Below, piece by piece: positions 1 to 15,000 of a stretch of 64,000 nt of DNA (its first letter is position 1; each line of letters starts with the position of its first letter). Position numbers and translations under genes: made by a program. Source of the stretch: Eledone cirrhosa (Eukaryota). The stretch covers positions 32,612,001-32,676,000 of the forward strand of contig OZ024741.1 in assembly GCA_964016885.1 (NCBI GenBank). The letters run 5' to 3'. The notes under the pieces were generated by a model, which made no database searches, was not told where the DNA came from, and saw only the letters and a program-made list of their open reading frames with translations.

Positions 1-3000
1 ACAACATGGCCGTATAATATTTGTAATTATTCCAGATGTAATAAGCCTACATATCTCAGTTGTTATACAACATGGCTGTATAATATTTGTATTTATTCCA
101 GATGTAATAAGCCTACATATCTCAGTTGTTATACAACATGGCTGTATAATATTTGTATATATTCCAGATGTAATATGCCTACATATCTCAGTTGTTATAC
201 AACATGGCTGTATAATATTTGTATTTATTCCAGATGTAATAAGCCTACATATCTCAGTTGTTATACAACATGGCTGTATAATATTTGTATTTATTCCAGA
301 TGTAATAAGCCTACATATCTCAGATGTTATACAACATGGCTGTATAATATTTGTATTTATTCCAGATGTAATAAGCCTACATTTCGCCGTTGTTATACAG
401 CATGGCTGTATAATATTTGTATTTATTCAAGATGTAATAAGCCTACATATCTCAATTGTCATACAACATGGCTGTATAATATTTGTATTTATTCCAGATG
501 TAATAAGCCTACATATCTCAGATGTTATACAACATGGCTGTATACTATTTGTATTTATTCCAGATGTAATAAGCCTACATATCACAGATGTTATACAACA
601 TGGCTGTATAATATTTGTATTTATTCCAGATGTAATAAGCCTACATATCTCAGATGTTATACAACATGGCTGTATCATATTTGTATTTATTCCAGATGTA
701 ATTAGCTTACATATCTCAGTTGTTATACAACATGGCTGTATAATATTTGTGTTTATTGCAGATGTAATAGGCCTACATATCTCAGTTGTTATACAACATG
801 GCTGTATAATATTTGTATTTATTCCAGATGTAATAAGCCTACATATCTCAGTTGTTATACAACATGGCTGTATAATATTTGTATTTATTCCAGATGTAAT
901 AAGCCTACATATCTCAGATGTTATACAACATGGCTGTATACTATTTGTATTTATTCCAGATGTAATAAGCCTACATATCTCAGATGTTATACAACATGGC
1001 TGTATAATATTTGTATTTATTCCAGATGTAATAAGCCTACATATCTCAGATGTTATACAACATGGCTGTATCATATTTGTATTTATTCCAGATGTCATAA
1101 GCCTACATATCTCAGTTGTTATACAACATGGCTGTATAATATTTGTATTTATTGCAGATGTAATAAGCCTACATATCTCAGTTGTTATACAACATGGCTG
1201 TATAATATTTGTATTTATTCCAGATGAAATAAGCCTACATATCTCAGTTGTTATACAACATGGCTGTATAATATTTGTATTTATTCCAGATGTAATAAGC
1301 CTACATATCTCAGTTTTTATACAACATGGCTGTATAATATTTGTAATTATTCCAGATGTAATAAGCCTACATATCTCAGTTGTTATACAACATGGCTGTA
1401 TAATATTTGTATTTATTCCAGATGTAATAAGCCTACATATCTCAGTTGTTATATAACATGGCTGTATAATATTTGTATTTATTCCAGATGTAATAAGCCT
1501 ACATATATCAGATGTTATACAACATGGCTGTATAATATTTGTATTTATTCCAGATGTAATAAGCCTACATTTCGCAGTTGTTATACAGCATGGCTGTATA
1601 ATATTTGTATTTATTCCAGATGTAATAAGCCTACATATCACAGATGTTATACAACATGGCTGTATAATATTTGTATTTATTCCAGATGTATTAAGACTAC
1701 ATTTCGCAGTTGTTATACAGCATGGCTGTATAATATTTGTATTTATTCCAGATGTAATAAGCCTACATATCTCAGATGTTATACAACATGGCTGTATAAT
1801 ATTTGTATTTATTCCAGATGTAATAAGCCTACATATCTCAGATGTTATACAACATGGCTGTATAATATTTGTATTTATTCCAGATGTAATAAGCCTACAT
1901 ATCTCAGTTGTTATACAACATGGCTGTATAATATTTGTATTTATTCCAGATGTAATATGCTTACATATCTCAGTTGTTATACAACATGGCTGTATAATAT
2001 ATGTATTTATTCCAGATGTAATAAGCCTACATATCTCAGTTGTTATACAACATGTCTGTATAATATTTGTATTTATCCCAGATGTAATAAGGCTACATAT
2101 CTCAGTTGTTATACAACATGGCTGTATAATATTTGTATTTATTCCAGATGTAATAAGCCTACATATCTCAGATGTTATACAACATGGCTGTATACTATTT
2201 GTATTTATTCCAGATGTAATAAGCCTACATATCTCAGATGTTATACAACATGGCTGTATAATATTTGTATTTATTCCAGATGTAATAAGCCTACATATCT
2301 CAGATGTTATACAACATGGCTGTATCATATTTGTATTTATTCCAGATGTCATAAGCCTACATATCTCAGTTGTTATACAACATGGATGTATAATATTTGT
2401 ATTTATTGCAGATGTAATAAGCCTACATATCTCAGTTTTTATACAACATGGCTGTATAATATTTGTATTTATTCCAGATGTAATAAGCCTACATATCTCA
2501 GTTTTTATACAACATGGCTGTATAATATTTGTAATTATTCCAGATGTAATAAGCCTACATATCTCAGTTGTTATACAACATGGCTGTATAATATTTGTAT
2601 TTATTCCAGATGTAATAAGCCTACATATCTCAGTTGTTATACAACATGGCTGTATAATATTTGTATTTATTCCAGATGTAATAAGCCTACATATCTCAGA
2701 TGTTATACAACATGGCTGTATAATATTTGTATTTATTCCAGATGTAATAAGCCTACATTTCGCAGTTGTTATACAGCATGGCTGTATAATATTTGTATTT
2801 ATTCCAGATGTAATCAGCCTACATATCTCAGATGTTATACAACATGGCTGTATAATATTTGTATTTATTCCAGATGTATTAAGACTACATTTCGCAGTTG
2901 TTATACAGCATGGCTGTATAATATTTGTATTTATTCCAGATGTAATAAGCCTACATATCTCAGATGTTATACAACATGGCTGTATAATATTTGTATTTAT

Positions 3001-6000
3001 TCCAGATGTAATAAGCCTACATATCTCAGATGTTATACAACATGGCTGTATAATATTTGTATTTATTCCAGATGTAATAAGCCTACATATCTCAGTTGTT
3101 ATACAACATGGCTGTATAATATTTGTATTTATTCCAGATGTAATATGCTTACATATCTCAGTTGTTATACAACATGGCTGTATAATATTTGTATTTATTC
3201 CAGATGTAATAGGCCTACATATTTCAGTTGTTATACAACATGTCTGTATAATATTTGTATTTATCCCAGATGTAATAAGCCTACATATCTCAGTTGTTAT
3301 ACAACATGGCTGTATAATATTTGTATTTATTCCAGATGTAATAAGCCTACATATCTCAGATGTTATACAACATGGCTGTCTACTATTTGTATTTATTCCA
3401 GATGTAATAAGCCTACATATCTCAGATGTTATACAACATGGCTGTATAATATTTGTATTTATTCCAGATGTAATAAGCCTACATATCTCAGATGTTATAC
3501 AACATGGCTGTATCATATTTGTATTTATTCCAGATGTCATAAGCCTACATATCTCAGTTGTTATACAACATGGCTGTATAATATTTGTATTTATTGCAGA
3601 TGTAATAAGCCTACATATCTCAGTTTTTATACAACATGGCTGTATAATATTTGTATTTATTCCAGATGTAATAAGCCTACATATCTCAGTTGTTATACAA
3701 CATGGCTGTATAATATTTGTATTTATTCCAGATGTAATAAGCCTACATATCTCAGTTTTTGTACAACATGGCCGTATAATATTTGTAATTATTCCAGATG
3801 TAATAAGCCTACATATCTCAGTTGTTATACAACATGGCTGTATAATATTTGTATTTATTCCAGATGTAATAAGCCTACATATCTCAGTTGTTATATAACA
3901 TGGCTGTATAATATTTGTATTTATGCCAGATGTAATAAGCCTACATATCTCAGATGTTATACAACATGGCTGTATAATATTTGTATTTATTCCAGATGTA
4001 ATAAGCCTACATTTCGCAGTTGTTATACAGCATGGCTGTATAATATTTGTATTTATTCCAGATGTAATAAGCCTACATATCTCAGATGTTTTACAACATG
4101 GCTGTATAATATGTGTATTTATTCCAGATGTAATAAGCCTACATATCTCAGATGTTATACGACATGGCTGTATAATATTTGTATTTATTCCAGATGTAAT
4201 AAGTCTACATATCTCAGATGTTATACAACATGGCTGTATAATATTTGTATTTATTCCAGATGTAATAAGCCTACATATCTCAGATGTTATACAACATGGC
4301 TGTATAATATTTGTATTTATTCCAGATGTAATAAGCCTACATATCTCAGATGTTATACAACATGGCTGTATAATATTTGTATTTATTCCAGATGTAATAA
4401 GCCTACATATCTCAGTTGTTATACAACATGGCTGTATAATATTTGTATTTATTCCAGATGTAATATGCTTACATATCTCAGTTGTTATACAACATGGCTG
4501 TATATTATATGTATTTATTCCAGATGTAATAAGCCTACATATCTCAGTTGTTATACAACATGTCTGTATAATATTTGTATTTATCCCAGATGTAATAAGG
4601 CTACATATCTCAGTTGTTATACAACATGGCTGTATAATATTTGTATTTATTCCAGATGTAATAAGCCTACATATCTCAGATGTTATACAACATGGCTGTA
4701 TACTATTTGTATTTATTCCAGATGTAATAAGCCTACATATCTCAGATGTTATACAACATGGCTGTATAATATTTGTATTTATTCCAGATGTAATAAGCCT
4801 ACATATCTCAGATGTTATACAACATGGCTGTATCATATTTGTATTTATTCCAGATGTCATAAGCCTACATATCTCAGTTGTTATACAACATGGATGTATA
4901 ATATTTGTATTTATTGCAGATGTAATAAGCCTACATATCTCAGTTTTTATACAACATGGCTGTATAATATTTGTATTTATTCCAGATGTAATAAGCCTAC
5001 ATATCTCAGTTTTTATACAACATGGCTGTATAATATTTGTAATTATTCCAGATGTAATAAGCATACATATCTCAGTTGTTATACAACATGGCTGTATAAT
5101 ATTTGTATTTATTCCAGATGTAATAAGCCTACATATCTCAGTTGTTATACAACATGGCTGTATAATATTTGTATTTATTCCAGATGTAATAAGCCTACAT
5201 ATCTCAGATGTTATACAACATGGCTGTATAATATTTGTATTTATTCCAGATGTAATAAGCCTACATTTCGCAGTTGTTATACAGCATGGCTGTATAATAT
5301 TTGTATTTATTCCAGATGTAATAAGCCTACATATCTCAGATGTTATACAACATGGCTGTATAATATTTGTATTTATTCCAGATGTATTAAGACTACATTT
5401 CGCAGTTGTTATACAGCATGGCTGTATAATATTTGTATTTATTCCAGATGTAATAAGCCTACATATCTCAGATGTTATACAACATGGCTGTATAATATTT
5501 GTATTTATTCCAGATGTAATAAGCCTACATATCTCAGATGTTATACAACATGGCTGTATAATATTTGTATTTATTCCAGATGTAATAAGCCTACATATCT
5601 CAGTTGTTATACAACATGGCTGTATAATATTTGTATTTATTCCAGATGTAATATGCTTACATATCTCAGTTGTTATACAACATGGCTGTATAATATTTGT
5701 ATTTATTCCAGATGTAATAGGCCTACATATTTCAGTTGTTATACAACATGTCTGTATAATATTTGTATTTATCCCAGATGTAATAAGCCTACATATCTCA
5801 GTTGTTATACAACATGGCTGTATAATATTTGTATTTATTCCAGATGTAATAAGCCTACATATCTCAGATGTTATACAACATGGCTGTATACTATTTGTAT
5901 TTATTCCAGATGTAATAAGCCTACATATCTCAGATGTTATACAACATGGCTGTATAATATTTGTATTTATTCCAGATGTAATAAGCCTACATATCTCAGA

Positions 6001-9000
6001 TGTTATACAACATGGCTGTATCATATTTGTATTTATTCCAGATGTCATAAGCCTACATATCTCAGTTGTTATACAACATGGCTGTATAATATTTGTATTT
6101 ATTGCAGATGTAATAAGCCTACATATCTCAGTTTTTATACAACATGGCTGTATAATATTTGTATTTATTCCAGATGTAATAAGCCTACATATCTCAGTTG
6201 TTATACAACATGGCTGTATAATATTTGTATTTATTCCAGATGTAATAAGCCTACATATCTCAGTTTTTGTACAACATGGCCGTATAATATTTGTAATTAT
6301 TCCAGATGTAATAAGCCTACATATCTCAGTTGTTATACAACATGGCTGTATAATATTTGTATTTATTCCAGATGTAATAAGCCTACATATCTCAGTTGTT
6401 ATACAACATGGCTGTATAATATTTGTATATATTCCAGATGTAATATGCCTACATATCTCAGTTGTTATACAACATGGCTGTATAATATTTGTATTTATTC
6501 CAGATGTAATAAGCCTACATATCTCAGTTGTTATACAACATGGCTGTATAATATTTGTATTTATTCCAGATGTAATAAGCCTACATATCTCAGATGTTAT
6601 ACAACATGGCTGTATAATATTTGTATTTATTCCAGATGTAATAAGCCTACATTTCGCCGTTGTTATACAGCATGGCTGTATAATATTTGTATTTATTCAA
6701 GATGTAATAAGCCTACATATCTCAATTGTCATACAACATGGCTGTATAATATTTGTATTTATTCCAGATGTAATAAGCCTACATATCTCAGATGTTATAC
6801 AACATGGCTGTATACTATTTGTATTTATTCCAGATGTAATAAGCCTACATATCACAGATGTTATACAACATGGCTGTATAATATTTGTATTTATTCCAGA
6901 TGTAATAAGCCTACATATCTCAGATGTTATACAACATGGCTGTATCATATTTGTATTTATTCCAGATGTAATTAGCTTACATATCTCAGTTGTTATACAA
7001 CATGGCTGTATAATATTTGTGTTTATTGCAGATGTAATAGGCCTACATATCTCAGTTGTTATACAACATGGCTGTATAATATTTGTATTTATTCCAGATG
7101 TAATAAGCCTACATATCTCAGTTGTTATACAACATGGCTGTATAATATTTGTATTTATTCCAGATGTAATAAGCCTACATATCTCAGATGTTATACAACA
7201 TGGCTGTATACTATTTGTATTTATTCCAGATGTAATAAGCCTACATATCTCAGATGTTATACAACATGGCTGTATAATATTTGTATTTATTCCAGATGTA
7301 ATAAGCCTACATATCTCAGATGTTATACAACATGGCTGTATCATATTTGTATTTATTCCAGATGTCATAAGCCTACATATCTCAGTTGTTATACAACATG
7401 GCTGTATAATATTTGTATTTATTGCAGATGTAATAAGCCTACATATCTCAGTTGTTATACAACATGGCTGTATAATATTTGTATTTATTCCAGATGAAAT
7501 AAGCCTACATATCTCAGTTGTTATACAACATGGCTGTATAATATTTGTATTTATTCCAGATGTAATAAGCCTACATATCTCAGTTTTTATACAACATGGC
7601 TGTATAATATTTGTAATTATTCCAGATGTAATAAGCCTACATATCTCAGTTGTTATACAACATGGCTGTATAATATTTGTATTTATTCCAGATGTAATAA
7701 GCCTACATATCTCAGTTGTTATATAACATGGCTGTATAATATTTGTATTTATTCCAGATGTAATAAGCCTACATATATCAGATGTTATACAACATGGCTG
7801 TATAATATTTGTATTTATTCCAGATGTAATAAGCCTACATTTCGCAGTTGTTATACAGCATGGCTGTATAATATTTGTATTTATTCCAGATGTAATAAGC
7901 CTACATATCACAGATGTTATACAACATGGCTGTATAATATTTGTATTTATTCCAGATGTATTAAGACTACATTTCGCAGTTGTTATACAGCATGGCTGTA
8001 TAATATTTGTATTTATTCCAGATGTAATAAGCCTACATATCTCAGATGTTATACAACATGGCTGTATAATATTTGTATTTATTCCAGATGTAATAAGCCT
8101 ACATATCTCAGATGTTATACAACATGGCTGTATAATATTTGTATTTATTCCAGATGTAATAAGCCTACATATCTCAGTTGTTATACAACATGGCTGTATA
8201 ATATTTGTATTTATTCCAGATGTAATATGCTTACATATCTCAGTTGTTATACAACATGGCTGTATAATATATGTATTTATTCCAGATGTAATAAGCCTAC
8301 ATATCTCAGTTGTTATACAACATGTCTGTATAATATTTGTATTTATCCCAGATGTAATAAGGCTACATATCTCAGTTGTTATACAACATGGCTGTATAAT
8401 ATTTGTATTTATTCCAGATGTAATAAGCCTACATATCTCAGATGTTATACAACATGGCTGTATACTATTTGTATTTATTCCAGATGTAATAAGCCTACAT
8501 ATCTCAGATGTTATACAACATGGCTGTATAATATTTGTATTTATTCCAGATGTAATAAGCCTACATATCTCAGATGTTATACAACATGGCTGTATCATAT
8601 TTGTATTTATTCCAGATGTCATAAGCCTACATATCTCAGTTGTTATACAACATGGATGTATAATATTTGTATTTATTGCAGATGTAATAAGCCTACATAT
8701 CTCAGTTTTTATACAACATGGCTGTATAATATTTGTATTTATTCCAGATGTAATAAGCCTACATATCTCAGTTTTTATACAACATGGCTGTATAATATTT
8801 GTAATTATTCCAGATGTAATAAGCCTACATATCTCAGTTGTTATACAACATGGCTGTATAATATTTGTATTTATTCCAGATGTAATAAGCCTACATATCT
8901 CAGTTGTTATACAACATGGCTGTATAATATTTGTATTTATTCCAGATGTAATAAGCCTACATATCTCAGATGTTATACAACATGGCTGTATAATATTTGT

Positions 9001-12000
9001 ATTTATTCCAGATGTAATAAGCCTACATTTCGCAGTTGTTATACAGCATGGCTGTATAATATTTGTATTTATTCCAGATGTAATCAGCCTACATATCTCA
9101 GATGTTATACAACATGGCTGTATAATATTTGTATTTATTCCAGATGTATTAAGACTACATTTCGCAGTTGTTATACAGCATGGCTGTATAATATTTGTAT
9201 TTATTCCAGATGTAATAAGCCTACATATCTCAGATGTTATACAACATGGCTGTATAATATTTGTATTTATTCCAGATGTAATAAGCCTACATATCTCAGA
9301 TGTTATACAACATGGCTGTATAATATTTGTATTTATTCCAGATGTAATAAGCCTACATATCTCAGTTGTTATACAACATGGCTGTATAATATTTGTATTT
9401 ATTCCAGATGTAATATGCTTACATATCTCAGTTGTTATACAACATGGCTGTATAATATTTGTATTTATTCCAGATGTAATAGGCCTACATATTTCAGTTG
9501 TTATACAACATGTCTGTATAATATTTGTATTTATCCCAGATGTAATAAGCCTACATATCTCAGTTGTTATACAACATGGCTGTATAATATTTGTATTTAT
9601 TCCAGATGTAATAAGCCTACATATCTCAGATGTTATACAACATGGCTGTCTACTATTTGTATTTATTCCAGATGTAATAAGCCTACATATCTCAGATGTT
9701 ATACAACATGGCTGTATAATATTTGTATTTATTCCAGATGTAATAAGCCTACATATCTCAGATGTTATACAACATGGCTGTATCATATTTGTATTTATTC
9801 CAGATGTCATAAGCCTACATATCTCAGTTGTTATACAACATGGCTGTATAATATTTGTATTTATTGCAGATGTAATAAGCCTACATATCTCAGTTTTTAT
9901 ACAACATGGCTGTATAATATTTGTATTTATTCCAGATGTAATAAGCCTACATATCTCAGTTGTTATACAACATGGCTGTATAATATTTGTATTTATTCCA
10001 GATGTAATAAGCCTACATATCTCAGTTTTTGTACAACATGGCCGTATAATATTTGTAATTATTCCAGATGTAATAAGCCTACATATCTCAGTTGTTATAC
10101 AACATGGCTGTATAATATTTGTATTTATTCCAGATGTAATAAGCCTACATATCTCAGTTGTTATATAACATGGCTGTATAATATTTGTATTTATGCCAGA
10201 TGTAATAAGCCTACATATCTCAGATGTTATACAACATGGCTGTATAATATTTGTATTTATTCCAGATGTAATAAGCCTACATTTCGCAGTTGTTATACAG
10301 CATGGCTGTATAATATTTGTATTTATTCCAGATGTAATAAGCCTACATATCTCAGATGTTATACAACATGGCTGTATAATATGTGTATTTATTCCAGATG
10401 TATTAAGACTACATTTCGCAGTTGTTATACAGCATGGCTGTATAATATTTGTATTTATTCCAGATGTAATAAGCCTACATATCTCAGATGTTATACAACA
10501 TGGCTGTATAATATTTGTATTTATTCCAGATGTAATAAGCCTACATATCTCAGATGTTATACAACATGGCTGTATAATATTTGTATTTATTCCAGATGTA
10601 ATAAGCCTACATATCTCAGATGTTATACAACATGGCTGTATATTATTTGTATTTATTCCAGATGTAATAAGCCTACATTTCGCAGTTGTTATACAGCATG
10701 GCTGTATAATATTTGTATTTATTCCAGATGTAATAAGCCTACATATCTCAGTTGTTATACAACATGGCTGTATAATATTTGTATTTATTCCAGACGTAAT
10801 AAGCCTACATATCTCAGTTGTTAAACAACATGGCTGTATAATATTTGTATTTATTCCAGATGTAATAAGCCTACATATGTCAGATGTTATACAACATGGC
10901 TGTATAATATTTGTATTTATTCCAGATGTAATAAGCCTACATATCTCAGATGTTATACAACATGGCTGTATCATATTTGTATTTATTCCAGATGTAATAA
11001 GCCTACATATCTCAGTTGTTATACAACATGGCTGTATAATATTTGTATTTATTGCAGATGTAATAAGCCTACATATCTCAGTTGTTATACAACATGGCTG
11101 TATAATATTTGTATTTATTCCAGATGTAATAGGCCTACATATCTCAGTTGTTATACAACATGGCTGTATAATATTTGTATTTATTCCAGATGTAATAAGC
11201 CTACATATCTCAGTTTTTATACAACATGGCTGTATAATATTTGTAATTATTGCAGATGTAATAAGCCTACATATCTCAGTTGTTATACAACATGGCTGTA
11301 TAATATTTGTATTTATTCCAGATGAAATAAGCCTACATATCTCAGATGTTATACAACATGGCTGTATAATATTTGTATTTATTCCAGACGTAATAAGCCT
11401 ACATATCTCAGTTGTTAAACAACATGGCTGTATAATATTTGTATTTATTCCAGATGTAATAAGCCTACATATCTCAGATGTTATACAACATGGCTGTATA
11501 ATATTTGTATTTATTCCATATGTAATAAGCCTACATATCTCAGATGTTATACAACATGGCTGTATCATATTTGTATTTATTCCAGATGTAATAAGCCTAC
11601 ATATCTCAGTTGTTATACAACATGGCTGTATAATATTTGTATTTATTGCAGATGTAATAAGCCTACATATCTCAGTTGTTATACAACATGGCTGTATAAT
11701 ATTTGTATTTATTCCAGATGTAATAGGCCTACATATCTCAGTTGTTATACAACATGGCTGTATAATATTTGTATTTATTCCAGATGTAATAAGCCTACAT
11801 ATCTCAGTTTTTATACAACATGGCTGTATAATATTTGTAATTATTGCAGATGTAATAAGCCTACATATCTCAGTTGTTATACAACATGGCTGTATAATAT
11901 TTGTATTTATTCCAGATGTAATAAGCCTACATATCTCAGTTGTTATACAACATGGCTGTATAATATTTGTATTTATTCCAGATGTAATAAGCCTACATAT

Positions 12001-15000
12001 CTCAGATGTTATACAACATGGCTGTATATTATTTGTATTTATTGCAGATGTAATAAGCCTACATATCTCAGTTGTTATACAACATGGCTGTATAATATTT
12101 GTATTTATTCCAGATGTAATAAGCCTACATATCTCAGTTGTTATACAACATGGCTGTATAATATTTGTATTTATTCCAGATGTAATAAGCCTACATATCT
12201 CAGTTTTTATACAACATGGCTGTATAATATTTGTATTTATTCCAGATGTAATAAGCCTACATATCTCAGTTGTTATACAACATGGCTGTATAATATTTGT
12301 ATTTATTCCAGATGTAATAAGACTACATATCTCAGTTGTTATACAACATGGCTGTATAATATTTATATTTATTCCAGATGTAATACGCCTACACATCTCA
12401 GATGTTATACAACATGGCTGTATAATATTTGTATTTATTCCAGATCTAATAAGCCTACATATTTCAGTTGTTAAACAACATGGCTGTATAATATTTGTAT
12501 TTATTCCAGATGTAATAAGCTCTACATATCTCAGTTGTTATACAACATGGCTGTATAATATTTGTATTTATTCCAGATGTAATAAGCCTACATATCTCAG
12601 TTGTTATACAACATGGCTGTATACTATTTGTATTTATTCGAGATATAATAAGCCTACATATCTCAGTTGTTATACAACATGGCTGTATAATATTTATATT
12701 TATTCCAGATGTAATACGCCTACACATCTCAGATGTTATACAACATGGCTGTATAATATTTGTATTTATTCCAGATCTAATAAGCCTACATATTTCAGTT
12801 GTTAAACAACATGGCTGTATAATATTTTTATTTATTCCAGATGTAATAACCCTACATTTCCCAGTTGTTATACAGCATGGCTGTATAATATTTGTATTTA
12901 TTCCAGATGTAATAAGCCTACATATCTCAGTTGTTATACAACATGGCTGTATAATATTTGTATTTATTGCAGATGTAATAAGCCTACATATCTCAGATGT
13001 TATACAACATGGCTGTACACTATTTGTATTTATTCCAGATGTAATAAGCCTACATATCTCAGATGTTATACAACGTGGCTGTATAATATTTGTATTTATT
13101 CCAGATGTAATAACCCTACATTTCCCAGTTGTTATACAGCATGGCTGTATAATATTTGTATTTATTCCAGATGTAATAAGCCTACATATCTCAGTTGCTA
13201 TACAACATGGCTGTATAATATTTGTATTTATTGCAGATGTAATAAGCCTACATATCTCAGATGTTATACAACATGGCTGTACACTATTTGTATTTATTCC
13301 AGATGTAATAAGCCTACATATCTCAGATGTTATACAACGTGGCTGTATAATATTTGTATTTATTCCAGATGTAATAAGCCTACATATCTCCCATTGTTAT
13401 ACAACATGGCTGTATAATATTTGTATTTATTCCAGATGTAATAAGCCTACATATCTTAGTTGTTATACAACATGGCTGTATAATATTTGTATTTATTCCA
13501 GATGTAATAAGCCTACATATCTCAGTTGCTATACAACATGGCTGTATAATATTTGTATTTATTGCAGATGTAATAAGCCTACATATCTCAGTTTTTATAC
13601 AACATGGCTGTATAATATTTGTATTTATTCCAGATGTAATAAGCCTACATATCTCAGTTGTTATACAACATGGCTGTATAATATTTGTATTTATTCCAGA
13701 TGTAATAAGCCTACATATCTCAGTTTTTGTACAACATGGCCGTATAATATTTGTAATTATTCCAGATGTAATAAGCCTACATATCTCAGTTGTTATACAA
13801 CATGGCTGTATAATATTTGTATTTATTCCAGATGTAATAAGCCTACATATCTCAGTTGTTATATAACATGGCTGTATAATATTTGTATTTATGCCAGATG
13901 TAATAAGCCTACATATCTCAGATGTTATACAACATGGCTGTATAATATTTGTATTTATTCCAGATGTAATAAGCCTACATTTCGCAGTTGTTATACAGCA
14001 TGGCTGTATAATATTTGTATTTATTCCAGATGTAATAAGCCTACATATCTCAGATGTTATACAACATGGCTGTATAATATGTGTATTTATTCCAGATGTA
14101 TTAAGACTACATTTCGCAGTTGTTATACAGCATGGCTGTATAATATTTGTATTTATTCCAGATGTAATAAGCCTACATATCTCAGATGTTATACAACATG
14201 GCTGTATAATATTTGTATTTATTCCAGATGTAATAAGCCTACATATCTCAGATGTTATACAACATGGCTGTATAATATTTGTATTTATTCCAGATGTAAT
14301 AAGCCTACATATCTCAGATGTTATACAACATGGCTGTATATTATTTGTATTTATTCCAGATGTAATAAGCCTACATTTCGCAGTTGTTATACAGCATGGC
14401 TGTATAATATTTGTATTTATTCCAGATGTAATAAGCCTACATATCTCAGTTGTTATACAACATGGCTGTATAATATTTGTATTTATTCCAGACGTAATAA
14501 GCCTACATATCTCAGTTGTTAAACAACATGGCTGTATAATATTTGTATTTATTCCAGATGTAATAAGCCTACATATGTCAGATGTTATACAACATGGCTG
14601 TATAATATTTGTATTTATTCCAGATGTAATAAGCCTACATATCTCAGATGTTATACAACATGGCTGTATCATATTTGTATTTATTCCAGATGTAATAAGC
14701 CTACATATCTCAGTTGTTATACAACATGGCTGTATAATATTTGTATTTATTGCAGATGTAATAAGCCTACATATCTCAGTTGTTATACAACATGGCTGTA
14801 TAATATTTGTATTTATTCCAGATGTAATAGGCCTACATATCTCAGTTGTTATACAACATGGCTGTATAATATTTGTATTTATTCCAGATGTAATAAGCCT
14901 ACATATCTCAGTTTTTATACAACATGGCTGTATAATATTTGTAATTATTGCAGATGTAATAAGCCTACATATCTCAGTTGTTATACAACATGGCTGTATA

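Noticed and set aside
30-66. Hammerhead-like string on the satellite minus strand (CTGAGA-T-ATGTA/TACAT-CTGGAA)
   Set aside because: Core lacks N7, there is no GAAA adjacent to the stem, and no stem I pairing.
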